Shown: positions 23,549 through 34,692 of the stretch, one piece after another
Numbering within the stretch: position 1 is the first letter of the stretch
Layout of the letters: every line of letters begins with the position of its first letter
Source: Tortispora ganteri
Lineage: Eukaryota
Assembly (NCBI GenBank): GCA_003707115.1
Contig: PPNB01000022.1
Coordinates: forward strand, 1 to 64,000
Reading direction: 5' to 3'
Length of the DNA stretch: 64,000 bases
Program-made: the position numbers and the translations under genes
The notes under the pieces: generated by a model
Told to the model about the DNA's origin: nothing
What the model saw: only the letters and a program-made list of their open reading frames with translations
The model's database searches: none

Positions 23549-26500
23549 ATGGTCTATGCGGCTCCGAAATCAGCACCGAAATCAGCACCCTCAGACATCT
23601 CAGACATCCCATACTTGTCAACATTAAGGCGAATTCGATCCCCTACAAACCGCGAGCCAAATGAACGATATGACCTGAAAAATTCTTTAAAAATCTCTGC
23701 TAATGATGAAATTACATCTTGTTCCTTCACACAGACTGATCAAGACGCTCCACAACAGCGCTGGAACTCTGTCAGAAAATCAATTGCCCATGTCTCCACC
23801 GATATACAGACTACTCAGAATGCACTTGCTCCACCTTTTAGCTTTGATTCAGGATCTGCTTCTACAGATGACTCAAAGGCCTCTGCGACAGACTCTCTTT
23901 CTAATCTGCTGACTGCTCTATATCCTACATGCTCCCCGCCCTCCACCAACACACAGCGTAAATGGCCTGGCCGTCTTAAATCCGTCCACGATTTTATGAC
24001 TGATATAGGCAACTCTTACAATGTTAGTTCTCCTCTGGATAGACCTGCAAAAGATCTTGCTAAATCGCAATCAGCTACTTCTCTTTTCCACGCCCCTGGT
24101 TCCAAGTACGTTAACGGAACCTCTCAATCGATCTTTTCCACCACTATAGACGAGCCCTGGACTATAGAATCCGCTAACGATATTGCTTGCAGAGTGTTTG
24201 GAATTTCTTCCTCTTCTTTTCACAAATTATCTATGCTAGACCTCATTCGTGACCATCACCGCCAATGGGTCAAGAATCGTATAATAGAATACAAACAACA
24301 GCGGCTCAACCGGTCAAGAAGGTCTTCTAGAGTGTTTTCCAACGGCTATATTGCTCATCCATTTGGTTCAAATAATCCGCCATCACAAGGATCACGTTCC
24401 CCAATTAGAAAGGCAAAATCAACGGTAGACCTGTCAAACTCAACCTCATTTTCTGCGCTTCACATGAACAAAGGTCCCGATCCTCCCGTGCGAAAAATTT
24501 CCGGCTTTGAATTAGGTTCACTTCATGAAGAATCTCTGCCCGCGCAGACAAGAAATGTTCTATTTGCTGGAACTGTTCTGCCGGTTAAAAAGTCAAATGG
24601 GGAATTCAGCGTCGCAAGCTTCTGGTGCCGTGAAAGACACGGAACCTTGATATGGGTTATTGAAGAGATTCAGGAAGATATTTGTTATCTTTTCTTAAAC
24701 TCTCAAAACCGCATAATGTCCTCAAAAGGCGAGATACTCAATCTTTTGCCACTGAAGACAGTAATAGGCATCCCGATCTGCAACATTCTACCCCAAGTCA
24801 TCGTGGATACCCCCACCTCCGGTATATCTGATAGACCCCCTTTACAATACCTAACGATTACAAATTCAGAATCAAAGTACGGTATTCCTTGCAGCATTAC
24901 ATCCTACAGATCTGCAGAACTTTCTGCAAGCTCAATATATGACGAAAGCGACTCTGCGCAAGCTTCTTCTCTTTGGACTCTAGTACTCTGTTCATTTCCC
25001 AATATCGCCGGTATAGTGGTGATTGATGCTAAAGATCTAGTTGTCCTGGGGTCTAATGAGATATTCACATCTAATCTTTTTGGCCATAAGAACATCGAGG
25101 GTCTATGTGTGTCTGAATTCATTCCCGAACTGCCCCATTTCCTTCATTATCTCATACACGATGAGCAATTGGCTTTGAAGGACGGCGACATTGTTACTGA
25201 ATCTCATTTTAGGCGTGCTGCAAATGTTAGGTCAAGCGGTAATCTCACCTACGTCAAAACAAATTACGTCACTGGATTGCACAAAACTGGTATGTTACTA
25301 GCGATTGACATCCAGATGAGGGTGGTGCGCGACGAAGACGATGGAGAATGTTACTATGTTCTCTGGATATCCTATAACAGACAGATGACACTTTCTATAT
25401 GGCAGGACGACCATACCGGCACGACCTCTGATCTCGCAATCATTAAGCAGCACATCGATTTTGGCGGGGCTGCTCTGTCCAGGGTAAGTTCAAGCACCTC
25501 TCTTGTGAGACCGGCATCTCCTCTGGACGAGTCTATGCCTCTAGTTAGAAAAGTATCACTGTTAGATACTGCACCCGTCTCAAAGTCTGCGACTGCACAG
25601 GACCTGAATCTGAACATTAAAACCCCTATCCCGGAAGAGCCCGCTACGCCTTCTGAAGACAGTCCTAAATCTCACTCGCCATCAAAGCTGACTACAGCTG
25701 ACCTTCCTATCTGCAACTTGAACGATTTACTTCTTACGCATGAAGTCTCGCAGCACCGTCGTGGGAAGAGCCTCAACTCTCCTCCACAAGGCATATACAT
25801 TGCTACTCCTTCTCCTCCATCTACTTTGGATAATCAGCACACAGTTGAAGAACTGGAGGCATTAGTACGATCGAGGAAGAAGAAGACAATTGCAGATTTT
25901 ACCGTTCTTGAAGAGCTGGGACAGGGCGCATACGGGAAAGTGATGCTTGCACAATACAAAGCTGCACCTGCCATCAAGGTGTTAATTAAGTATGTGATCA
26001 AGAAACGTATTTTGGTCGATACATGGATACGTGACAGGAAACTCGGAACTGTTCCTTTAGAAATTCATGTGTTGGTTTTCCTGAGACAGGTACCTCATCC
26101 CAATATTATCAGCTTACTTGATTTCTTTGAGGATGAGGAGAATTATTACATTGAAATGGAACCCCATGGTGTTCCTGGCATGGATTTATTTGATTATATC
26201 GAATTCAAGACCGATATGACTGAAGATGAAAGTTGTAAAATATTCTACCAAGTTGTCAGTGCAATTGCGCATCTTCACGATAACGGTATTGTTCATCGCG
26301 ACATCAAAGACGAGAACGTTGTTTTAGATTCAAATGGGTCAATCAAGCTAATTGATTTTGGTTCAGCTGTGTATGTCAAAAACGGTCCGTTTGATGTGTT
26401 TGTGGGCACAATTGATTATGCAGCACCGGAAGTGCTGCTTGGTCGACCATATAGTGGCAAAGAGCAGGACGTGTGGGCAGCTGGAATTTTGTTGTATACC

Positions 26501-26686
26501 ATTGTGTATAAAGAAAATCCATTTTATAACGTGGATGAAATTCTCAGCGGCGAATTACGCGTTCCGTACGTCCTCAGCGATGACTGTTTGAATCTGATCA
26601 AGGCGATGTTAGAGCGTTCACCGGCGCGCAGAATTACCATGGACAAGGTATTGCAACATCCTTGGTTCGCGTCTATGTCTTCCTGA
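23549..26686 (+). CDS. PSK1: PAS-domain Ser/Thr kinase
   Basis: PAS-like 'SIFSTTIDEPWTIESANDIACRVFG'. Kinase domain with 'LGQGAYGKV', 'ILVDTWIRDRKLGTVPLEIHVL', 'HRDIKDEN', 'FVGTIDYAAPEVL' (PSK1/PSK2 family). Confidence 0.92.
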   Translation: MVYAAPKSAPKSAPSDISDIPYLSTLRRIRSPTNREPNERYDLKNSLKISANDEITSCSFTQTDQDAPQQRWNSVRKSIAHVSTDIQTTQNALAPPFSFDSGSASTDDSKASATDSLSNLLTALYPTCSPPSTNTQRKWPGRLKSVHDFMTDIGNSYNVSSPLDRPAKDLAKSQSATSLFHAPGSKYVNGTSQSIFSTTIDEPWTIESANDIACRVFGISSSSFHKLSMLDLIRDHHRQWVKNRIIEYKQQRLNRSRRSSRVFSNGYIAHPFGSNNPPSQGSRSPIRKAKSTVDLSNSTSFSALHMNKGPDPPVRKISGFELGSLHEESLPAQTRNVLFAGTVLPVKKSNGEFSVASFWCRERHGTLIWVIEEIQEDICYLFLNSQNRIMSSKGEILNLLPLKTVIGIPICNILPQVIVDTPTSGISDRPPLQYLTITNSESKYGIPCSITSYRSAELSASSIYDESDSAQASSLWTLVLCSFPNIAGIVVIDAKDLVVLGSNEIFTSNLFGHKNIEGLCVSEFIPELPHFLHYLIHDEQLALKDGDIVTESHFRRAANVRSSGNLTYVKTNYVTGLHKTGMLLAIDIQMRVVRDEDDGECYYVLWISYNRQMTLSIWQDDHTGTTSDLAIIKQHIDFGGAALSRVSSSTSLVRPASPLDESMPLVRKVSLLDTAPVSKSATAQDLNLNIKTPIPEEPATPSEDSPKSHSPSKLTTADLPICNLNDLLLTHEVSQHRRGKSLNSPPQGIYIATPSPPSTLDNQHTVEELEALVRSRKKKTIADFTVLEELGQGAYGKVMLAQYKAAPAIKVLIKYVIKKRILVDTWIRDRKLGTVPLEIHVLVFLRQVPHPNIISLLDFFEDEENYYIEMEPHGVPGMDLFDYIEFKTDMTEDESCKIFYQVVSAIAHLHDNGIVHRDIKDENVVLDSNGSIKLIDFGSAVYVKNGPFDVFVGTIDYAAPEVLLGRPYSGKEQDVWAAGILLYTIVYKENPFYNVDEILSGELRVPYVLSDDCLNLIKAMLERSPARRITMDKVLQHPWFASMSS

Positions 26687-27290
26687 ACGGGTCAAGGTAT
26701 TTGACTTTGTGGCTGAACATTACTTTGAAGAATTGGCTCCGTATTTAGCCAAATTAAGAAGCTATACGGACATTGCTGTGCTGTTTAGCTGCTAGCATAC
26801 TTTTATGACGCCTTAGTTTGCCGGGAATTGAGTTATGATGGCCATTGTGCGGAGCGCCTCAAACCTCCCGACAACCGTTCGAACGCTATGTTGCCGATCA
26901 AGGCTCACTACACAACTGTGAATTGTACACTGATTCAATTAGTTGTGTTGTAAGTGCGTGATATTTACTGGCTCACGAGACTCTGAGACACTTGGTCAAA
27001 ACGCGGAAAAAACCCTTTTCCATCAGCAACAAACGAAACTCTGTGATTGATTGCGGGGCTTCAGGGCGGCAGATTCTAGGCTGGGGAAGAAAAGATCTAG
27101 AATGTGTAGAAACACCTGATTGCATTTAAACTTACTCAATAGCAAATGCAAGGTAGCCCAAGTTGGCCAATCAGTGCAGCTATGCACCGGTACGTACTGA
27201 TGTCAGGCGTTTACAAATGAACCTATAGCGCGCGCTTAAGCTTAATTTAGGTATCACATGCTTGTGCACCATAATACCGTTATGGTTTCC

Positions 27291-27325
27291 TGACGTCATA
27301 CATGGATTGATTGAGGGCTATATAA
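27291..27325 (+). promoter_or_regulatory. HSP12 proximal promoter: CRE palindrome TGACGTCA and TATATAA box
   Basis: TGACGTCA at 27291-27298 and TATATAA at 27319-27325, about 95-125 bp upstream of the HSP12 ATG. Confidence 0.6.
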
Positions 27326-27417
27326 GGTGCCGGATTTTTACACGATTCATTCTTCAGGACAATTCTACCTCTTCAATTGATATTTTACTTTTTCAATCCA
27401 ACTATTAAACAATCGCA

Positions 27418-27714
27418 ATGTCAGATTTCGGACGTCAAGGACTCGGAGACAAAATTGAATCTTCCATTAAGCCAGAATCTGAGAAGTCTTACGTTGAACA
27501 AGCTAAAGACAAGGCTGCTTCTGCCTATGACTCTGTAGCGCGCGAAGTTCAGCCCGACTCGCAAAAGAGTAACACTCAGGCTGCTACTGATGCTGTGACG
27601 GGCGCCAAGGATGACGCCAAAGACTCTGGAGAATCTTACCTCGATAAAGCTAAGGATCTCGTTGCTGATGCTCAACATAAGGTCGAGGACTTTCTTAATT
27701 CCAACAAGAAGTAA
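27418..27714 (+). CDS. HSP12: 12-kDa heat-shock/stress protein (Hsp12/Hsp9 family)
   Basis: 'MSDFGRQGLGDKIESSIKPESEKSYVEQAKDK...VQPDSQKSNTQ', the family pattern. Confidence 0.9.
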   Translation: MSDFGRQGLGDKIESSIKPESEKSYVEQAKDKAASAYDSVAREVQPDSQKSNTQAATDAVTGAKDDAKDSGESYLDKAKDLVADAQHKVEDFLNSNKK

Positions 27715-27912
27715 GTCGCTTATGCATTTTGTTCAATTGAGTCAGTTACACCGCTAGAATAGCCTTAGTATCACTGATAATATATTAATATATTAACCCC
27801 ACAATTTGTCATACTTGTATAATCCGTAAAGCCACCTTGTAACCCTTTACCCTAACACTTACTTTGTCTTTAACTTACATTGCCCCTACCTTTTGACTTC
27901 AACCTGCATAAG

Positions 27913-28977
27913 ATGGTCTCTGTTACCGTTACTGTTGGCAAGCTCGATGCCAGTTTAGCGTTGCTGCTTACGGAAGATCACCATCTGATTGAGTTCCCGT
28001 CTATGCTGCTGCCTGTGAATGCTTCTGCTGGGTCTGTAGTGTCTATTGCTTGTGAGTGCGACACCGAGCAGGAGAAGGCGAAGCGGATTCTGTTCGAGCA
28101 TATCCAGGAGGATATATATGAGATGTATGGGCGTAAGAAACCCGCGAAGCCGCTTTTGCGGGTTGTTAATGTAACGCAGACGTCAATTGTGCTCGATTGG
28201 GATCCAATTGATGTCGCGACAGCCACTCTGAAATCTTTGGCTTTGTGCAAGAACGGCCAGAGATTGGGATTTATACCCAATCCTACTGTGACGCATTCTA
28301 CGAAACTGAGTGGGTTGTCGCTTGATACGCCATATACCTTTTCGCTCGAACTGACTACATCTGCAGGCGTCTTTACCAGCGATCCCGTGACTGTTCGGAC
28401 GCACAAGATGACCAATCTCAGCGGTATAACTATTTGCGTTGGCAACATCCCTGACAGTCAGCGCGATGCCTTGGAGGACGCTGTAAAACGCATGGGCGCA
28501 CGTTTGCCACTGCAAGAAGAAATGCATTTAGATACCACACATTTTGTTTGCACTGTTGGCACAGGCTCGCAATGGGAGAAGGCTGTCGATGCAAATATAC
28601 CGGTTGTCACACCCGCCTGGGCTATAGCATGTGCCAATGAGCATCGCATTGTTGGTGTGCGGAAATATTATTTGAATGCCTCAGGTGCGAGTGATGTTAC
28701 TATGAACTCCCCAATTGAGGCAGAAACGCGGAAACCAGAAGAAGAACATGCTCCAGAGGAGGCAACTAAAGCGTCAAAAGATGACTCAGATTCACTCTTA
28801 GGACAATCTCAACCTGAACCCAAACAAGGGACTTTCAATGAACACGAAACTCCAATGCCTGTGGGGGAGGAATCAGCGACAACCAAGGCGTCGAGTATAC
28901 CTGAAACAGCAGTCGAAAGTGAAGCAGCGATGGAACATGGAACGCCAGCCGAATCTGAAGGCGCCGATCGAACCTGA
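27913..28977 (+). CDS. CHS5: Exomer subunit Chs5 (N-terminal dimerisation, FN3 and BRCT domains, acidic tail)
   Basis: 'MVSVTVTVGKLDASLALLLTEDHHLIEFPSMLLP', 'NVTQTSIVLDWDPI', 'THKMTNLSGITICVG', 'DTTHFVCT'. ATG at 27913. Confidence 0.93.
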   Translation: MVSVTVTVGKLDASLALLLTEDHHLIEFPSMLLPVNASAGSVVSIACECDTEQEKAKRILFEHIQEDIYEMYGRKKPAKPLLRVVNVTQTSIVLDWDPIDVATATLKSLALCKNGQRLGFIPNPTVTHSTKLSGLSLDTPYTFSLELTTSAGVFTSDPVTVRTHKMTNLSGITICVGNIPDSQRDALEDAVKRMGARLPLQEEMHLDTTHFVCTVGTGSQWEKAVDANIPVVTPAWAIACANEHRIVGVRKYYLNASGASDVTMNSPIEAETRKPEEEHAPEEATKASKDDSDSLLGQSQPEPKQGTFNEHETPMPVGEESATTKASSIPETAVESEAAMEHGTPAESEGADRT

Positions 28978-29395
28978 TGCTGCGATCGAAACCGAAAAGG
29001 CTATTGTCCCCACATAAGACATTGACGCTCTCCCATCAGAATAATTGGACTAGCTGTTTGATATAAGCGGCTCAGAAAGATGACGCTTGAGAAGATGAGC
29101 TCGCTGCCATTTAGCCAGAGTCTACACTAACGAACTTTTATGAAGACGACCGATGACGACGACAATCGTGCGTGTTTTCAAAGCGCCAGAAATATTGTAC
29201 AACCTGCCGAAGATGAACCAATTTGTACTATTGCAGATAGCGATGATACTGACAGTTTTATGCAATCACGAAGATCTGCTGCCTTTGCACTTCTAAAACA
29301 TAAATCACAGTCAACGTCACTAATTCAGGTACATTTTTACCCTAACCCAAACCACATAACTTAAACCATCAGAGAAAGAAAAAGATTTAACCTGT

Positions 29396-30628
29396 ATGCA
29401 ACGTAGGCTATTTTCGACTACACTTGCTGTATTCAAGAGAAAAATGCCTCCTAAGAAAGCTGTTAAAGAAGATAAAATTTTACTTGGCCGACCAGGCAAT
29501 AATTTAAAGTCAGGTATTGTGGGATTGGCCAATGTAGGCAAGAGCACTTTTTTTCAAGCGATCACTCGATGCCCGCTTGGAAACCCTGCTAACTACCCGT
29601 TTGCTACTATTGATCCTGAAGAAGCTCGAGTTATTGTTCCGAGTCCTCGCTTTGAGAAATTATGCTCGATGTACAAACCTGCGAGCGAGGTGCCTGCATA
29701 CATTACCGTATTTGACATTGCAGGTCTGACCAAAGGAGCCAGTGCCGGCGAGGGACTTGGAAATGCTTTTCTTTCGCACATCCGCGCTGTTGATGCAATC
29801 TATCAGGTAGTGAGATGCTTTGATGATGCTGAGATTATCCATGTAGAGGGCGATGTCGACCCTGTGCGCGACTTGGAGATTATCGCTAACGAACTACGTA
29901 TAAAGGACATTGAGTTTGCCCAGAAGCATCTCGAAGGAGTTGAAAAGATCACTAAACGCGGCGGGCAGAGTATGGAGGTAAAGCAGAAGAAAGACGAAGC
30001 TGAAGTCGTTAAAAAGATCATTGGTTGGCTCGAAGCCGGCAAACGAGTGGCTAACGGCACATGGAGTTCTAAAGAAGTTGAAATTATCAATTCTATGATG
30101 TTACTCACTGCTAAGCCTTGCATCTACTTAGTTAATCTTTCAGAAAAGGACTATATTCGCAAGAAAAACAAGCATCTGTTGGCGCTGAAGCAGTGGATTG
30201 ACCAGAACTCTCCCGGGGACGTCATTATACCTATGTCCGTCTGTCTTGAGGAGCGACTGGCCAACATGGAGACGGACGAGGAGCGCGAGGAGGAATGCAA
30301 AAAAATCGGTGCGCAATCGGCGTTGCCTAAGATCATTGTGACTATGCGTGCTGCGCTCGATTTAATATCGTTCTTCACATGCGGACCCGACGAGGTACGC
30401 GAGTGGACTATTCGCCGCGGTACGAAAGCACCACAGGCCGCTGGTGTTATCCATACCGACCTGATGAAAACATTTATTCTAGCTCAGGTTACGAAATACA
30501 AAGATCTCATAGAACTCGGTGACGACAACGCTGTGCGCGCTGCCGGTAAACTACTGCAGAAGGGCAAGGACTACGAGGTCGAGGATGGCGACATCATTTA
30601 TTTCCGTGCTGGCGCTGGCAAGAACTAG
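29396..30628 (+). CDS. OLA1: Obg-like ATPase Ola1/YchF; conserved start at 29444, upstream in-frame ATG at 29396
   Basis: 'MPPKK...GIVGLANVGKST', 'NYPFATIDP', 'DIAGL', TGS domain 'FFTCGPDEVREWTIR...APQAAGVIH'. Confidence 0.96.
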   Translation: MQRRLFSTTLAVFKRKMPPKKAVKEDKILLGRPGNNLKSGIVGLANVGKSTFFQAITRCPLGNPANYPFATIDPEEARVIVPSPRFEKLCSMYKPASEVPAYITVFDIAGLTKGASAGEGLGNAFLSHIRAVDAIYQVVRCFDDAEIIHVEGDVDPVRDLEIIANELRIKDIEFAQKHLEGVEKITKRGGQSMEVKQKKDEAEVVKKIIGWLEAGKRVANGTWSSKEVEIINSMMLLTAKPCIYLVNLSEKDYIRKKNKHLLALKQWIDQNSPGDVIIPMSVCLEERLANMETDEEREEECKKIGAQSALPKIIVTMRAALDLISFFTCGPDEVREWTIRRGTKAPQAAGVIHTDLMKTFILAQVTKYKDLIELGDDNAVRAAGKLLQKGKDYEVEDGDIIYFRAGAGKN

Positions 30629-31077
30629 ACTGTATCTAAGACGACGACTGATAATCAGTAAAAAAAAAAAAAATGTATTATAGCTACGTAGCGGTTCCTG
30701 GCTGTTAGCATCGCGGTGTTTGCGCACATAGATCCTGATCAGAGCTTATTACTATATTCTCTCATGTAATTTCTCGGAGAGCTGGGTTTATAGATTATAG
30801 AGCCTTAAAAGGACTCATTTCATCATTCAGGCGCACGAGTTGCAGTACTTACTTATGCAGCAATTTTTTCCATTCTCTCTTTCGGTGGTGATGTCGGTTG
30901 CTAGGTAAAGAAATAGTGTTGCAATGAGTACTAATGTGACAGGTTCTTCTTTCGGGGTCAATACCAGTGAGAGCGGGGAACGAAGAGGCAAAAAAATCGG
31001 TATCACAGGAATTCAGTTCATATAAGATATACAAGTTGACATAATTGACATAATTGACACATGTAACAGTTGCGCGA

Positions 31078-32445
31078 TCAATGCACTGTAGCTACAGAAT
31101 CGCATGTGTCTGTGTTATTATTGTTTAGCGATCGCATATCCGAGTGAGTGCCAGCGTCTGAGTCCACAAGTGCACTCACTGGTACTGTTGCATTCTGCTT
31201 AGTTGAAGTACTGACAATTTCCTTTGGATTAGAGAATTCCATGCCGATATCTTCGGGCGAGCTGCTGCGCTTCAGCGGTGCGCCTTCTTGGTCATCTGAG
31301 CTTTCGTACTTTGCCATCTGATCCTGCTGTAAACCACTTGGCTTATTCAAGTTGACGTACCCAAGACATTTCCTGTGCGAACGAGTGCAGTTAGAGCAGA
31401 CCGGTCTTCCTTCGTCGCACTTGATGCGGCGCTGCCGGCAGGTCATACAACCGGTCTTTGTGCGTTTGCGGTGAGTCCTTCGCGATGGCACGCTCAGAAC
31501 AAAACGCATGGCCTGGTTGTTAGCATACGGCGAAGGAATACCAGGTGGAGTGGCATAGGCAGGTATTGCGTAATATGGTGCTCCCATTGGATGCATTGCA
31601 AGGCCTGATACCGGTGTACCTGGTACGCCCATGTGTCCCAATGGGCCAGGATGTTGAAGTGGCATGTGAGGCGGCGAAAGAGGTGGTTCGGTTGAGGAAT
31701 GAGATATCGACTGAGGGTTTCCATTGGCAGTTTGCGACGTTTTCGCATGCGCAGCTGATGGCGAAGGAGGCTGGACGGGTGTTGCTGAACTTGGTGTGTT
31801 TTGATGTGAAGAATGTGACTGAGGGTGCAGTTGCATCAGTTTCTGTTGTTGCGACGGCGGCGGCGGCGGCAAGAAACTGTCAGAAAAACGCTGCACGTCT
31901 TGTGCTGGGCCGAAGCCGGGTGGTGGATAATAGTACGGGCCCGGAGGAGCGTACGAGGGATGTGAATACATCTGAAGTGGTGGATTATCGTGCGACGGAT
32001 GAGGAACACCGTATTCAGCGACAGGGTAGGCGTGGGGAGGGAGGGGAGGATATGGATGTGGAGGCAGTTGCATATGTGCGAATGGAGGGTGAGGTTGGTG
32101 CTGGTGCTGGTGCTGTTGCTGATTCTGCTGTGAATGTGACAATTGCTGTGGGTATGGAACAGCCGGTGCAGGGGTATACATTTGCGGCATGTACGTATAG
32201 GCAGAGTAAGGCATTTGGTACCATTGTGGAGGAATATTTCCCTGGACAGCCATTGGCGGTAAACGAGTGCTTACAGGGGATTGTAATTGATGATTTGAAA
32301 GAGCAGAAGGTTCGCGCGTTACTGGAGCATCCGATTGTGTGATAGAGGATTTTTTGGGCTCTTGCGAGGGCGAGTTATTATCGTGCATTATTAGAAGCGC
32401 GAGAGTTTTTAGAATGGTTTGGTTTGTGGAAAGGAAAGAGTCCAC
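31078..32445 (-). CDS. Zn(II)2Cys6 transcription factor with Pro/Gln/His-rich N-terminus and C-proximal zinc cluster
   Basis: 'RKRTKTGCMTCRQRRIKCDEGRPVCSNCTRSHRKCLGY' (Cys cluster at 31366-31449). Start is either 32445 or the next Met at 32388. Confidence 0.88.
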   Translation of the reverse strand: MDSFLSTNQTILKTLALLIMHDNNSPSQEPKKSSITQSDAPVTREPSALSNHQLQSPVSTRLPPMAVQGNIPPQWYQMPYSAYTYMPQMYTPAPAVPYPQQLSHSQQNQQQHQHQHQPHPPFAHMQLPPHPYPPLPPHAYPVAEYGVPHPSHDNPPLQMYSHPSYAPPGPYYYPPPGFGPAQDVQRFSDSFLPPPPPSQQQKLMQLHPQSHSSHQNTPSSATPVQPPSPSAAHAKTSQTANGNPQSISHSSTEPPLSPPHMPLQHPGPLGHMGVPGTPVSGLAMHPMGAPYYAIPAYATPPGIPSPYANNQAMRFVLSVPSRRTHRKRTKTGCMTCRQRRIKCDEGRPVCSNCTRSHRKCLGYVNLNKPSGLQQDQMAKYESSDDQEGAPLKRSSSPEDIGMEFSNPKEIVSTSTKQNATVPVSALVDSDAGTHSDMRSLNNNNTDTCDSVATVH

Positions 32446-33751
32446 TGTATATGGTACAGAACAGATTAAAACAGTGTCGAAGAGATCAGCAGCACGACTA
32501 AGGAGGATGTGTAGGTTAGGTCAAAAGAGGACAGCTGCAATGAGAAGGAATTGTTATATGGACGATTCAGAAGTTTTACGGGAAGACGAGTGTAGCATGG
32601 AACAGAGAGGGGGTATAGCGAGCAGCGGCGGTAGAATAGCTTTCAAAACAATGGAGAAGGAGTAATGAGAGAATGCAGAAATGGTTGGTAAAGAAAATAT
32701 GAAAGCACTAGGGAGTAAATAAGGATTACAAAAGTGTTTATAGCAAAATATTAGAAGGAAAGAAGTGGAGGGCCAGTATTTTTTTTAGTGTGGTTATGAG
32801 TTTAATTGTTACGGTTAGATAGGTGCGCCAAATAGATTGGGTATGAAAAGAAGGTGTGAAGTTTAAATCCAATAAAGTTAAATAGAAGCAAAGAAAGAAA
32901 TAAAACGTTTAAAGCTAGAACGAGAGAGGGCTTTATAGTAATGGTCTTGCTATGATAAATAAAATATAGAAATATGAGGAGGACGAACGAATTACTTCTT
33001 ATAAAAGACTAGTATGTTGGAGTTATAAATTTTGTGTATGGATACGAGTAGAAGTGAACGAACAAACAATTATCGACAAGAAGGTGTCAGCGAAGGGGGG
33101 GGAGGGAGAAAGAGTGGGTTTTTTTCGAGAAATGTTAGCAGTTATTCCATTATAGGAAATTAAATTTCAATTGTACGACGCTGATTAGCAGTTTCTTAAT
33201 TTTATTTTAAAGCATTCTAATAGGCAGCGGTAAGCTTAGTTTTTTTACCCGTTTTATTTGATTTTTATCTTTTGAATAGGTAAGCCGCAAAACACACGGG
33301 TTCGGTATCCGAAACCTTCGTAAATGTGTCTTCGACTGTAGAGTTAGGCAAGTAAAATTTAGATGTGCAATGTAAATAACTGTATGAATATTGATCGGTG
33401 TAATAGATTATTGAATTCTTTTAAAAAAAAAATCTAAATAATAATGAGAATATTGCAATTATCGATGAGTTAAGTTTTAATGCTTATTTATAGTGTCTCG
33501 GCAAGTAATATTTCATTCACCCTCGAAGAAAACCTGCTCTATATTCTGCGTTAAATAGGATAACTAGACACGGCCAATCATACTATTAGCTTTAGTTTTG
33601 CGATTTCAAAGTTTCTTACGTATCCTTAATTAGCGAGGAATCTTGACACAGGTAGACTAACTTAATTCAAGTCAAAGCGGAGATTATTACTTCGCCGGCC
33701 AAATATGTGTATGACATTACGCAATTGCGCGCTAGTTGATGCTAAAGAAAG

Positions 33752-33813
33752 TAAAATAAAATGAAATAAAATAAAACAAAATAAAACAAAATAAAACAAA
33801 ATAAAATAAAAAA
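33752..33813. repeat. Imperfect (TAAAA/CAAAA)n pentanucleotide microsatellite
   Basis: taaaataaaatgaaataaaataaaacaaaataaaacaaaataaaacaaaataaaataaaaaa, read directly. Confidence 0.9.
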
Positions 33814-34692
33814 TTATCACTGCAAGTCTTTTATCACCGCGATTAGCCGAGATTATACCTTTTTGAGACTCTCAGAAATGAGCTCTTTATAGTGTCGGTG
33901 CTTATTAATAGTAGTATCACATTTTATTCTAAAAAAAAGAAAAAGAAAAGACATAAAACGTCGCGCAAAGAAGGTATCAAAGTTAAAGTTTTAATTCTAA
34001 ATCGATCGATCTGACTTGGTAGCGCGCCTAATGAACGTCGTTATTTACGTATACTTCATAACAGAACAATAACAACCATCATTTTCTTTTATGAGAAATA
34101 ATAGAAGACACACTGCGCGCTACAGAAGGTGATTGACACCGCGATGTGGGCCTTTGCAAGATTGTTTGGTAACTGAATGATACTTCAGTTACCTCGCCCT
34201 GTTATCTTTTGGTGAGATAAAAAATCCTCTCAACCCGTACCGTTTCGGCTAATGTTTAGCTTGCAGGCGCCTGACAGCTGTTCTCACTTCGGCTGCCGGG
34301 GATTAACGGCAAATGATAGTTGACTCGTTATAAATGCGGCATAAATAGCCGTGTCATACGAGCGCACACCGAGAGTTAGCGTTGGTATAGTTAAAATTTC
34401 GAAAACTAAAAAGTTTTTCAGCGCGATGTTGGTTGGCTATATCTCAGTCAGGCAAATGCCAAGACTTTAAATAGTTATTTTTTGTGTCCTTTTACTGTCG
34501 GTATGGAGGAGTTTGCATCACACTTGGTCCTAGTAGTACCATAAGTCACTATACGTAAACGGTCATTTCCTGGTCGATGTTATCTTTGTTTGTGTCGTTA
34601 GCATAAAAGTTCCATAAACCTTGACTGTTTAAATATTTTAACTGTCTTGACTGTTTTCACTGCTATAATGCTTTAACAGCCTAACCGTAACG

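Noticed and set aside
31036..31060. TTGACATAA x~2.8 tandem repeat
   Set aside because: Short 3'-UTR slippage repeat with no spacers; not CRISPR-like and no supportable function.
31545..32665. 265-aa and 108-aa plus-strand ORFs
   Set aside because: Antisense to the low-complexity part and leader of the Zn-cluster gene, non-ATG starts, no recognisable domain.
34480..34500. CCTTTTAC resembling U5 snRNA loop 1
   Set aside because: Lacks the full GCCTTTTAC context with a closing stem; no supportable snRNA structure by eye.
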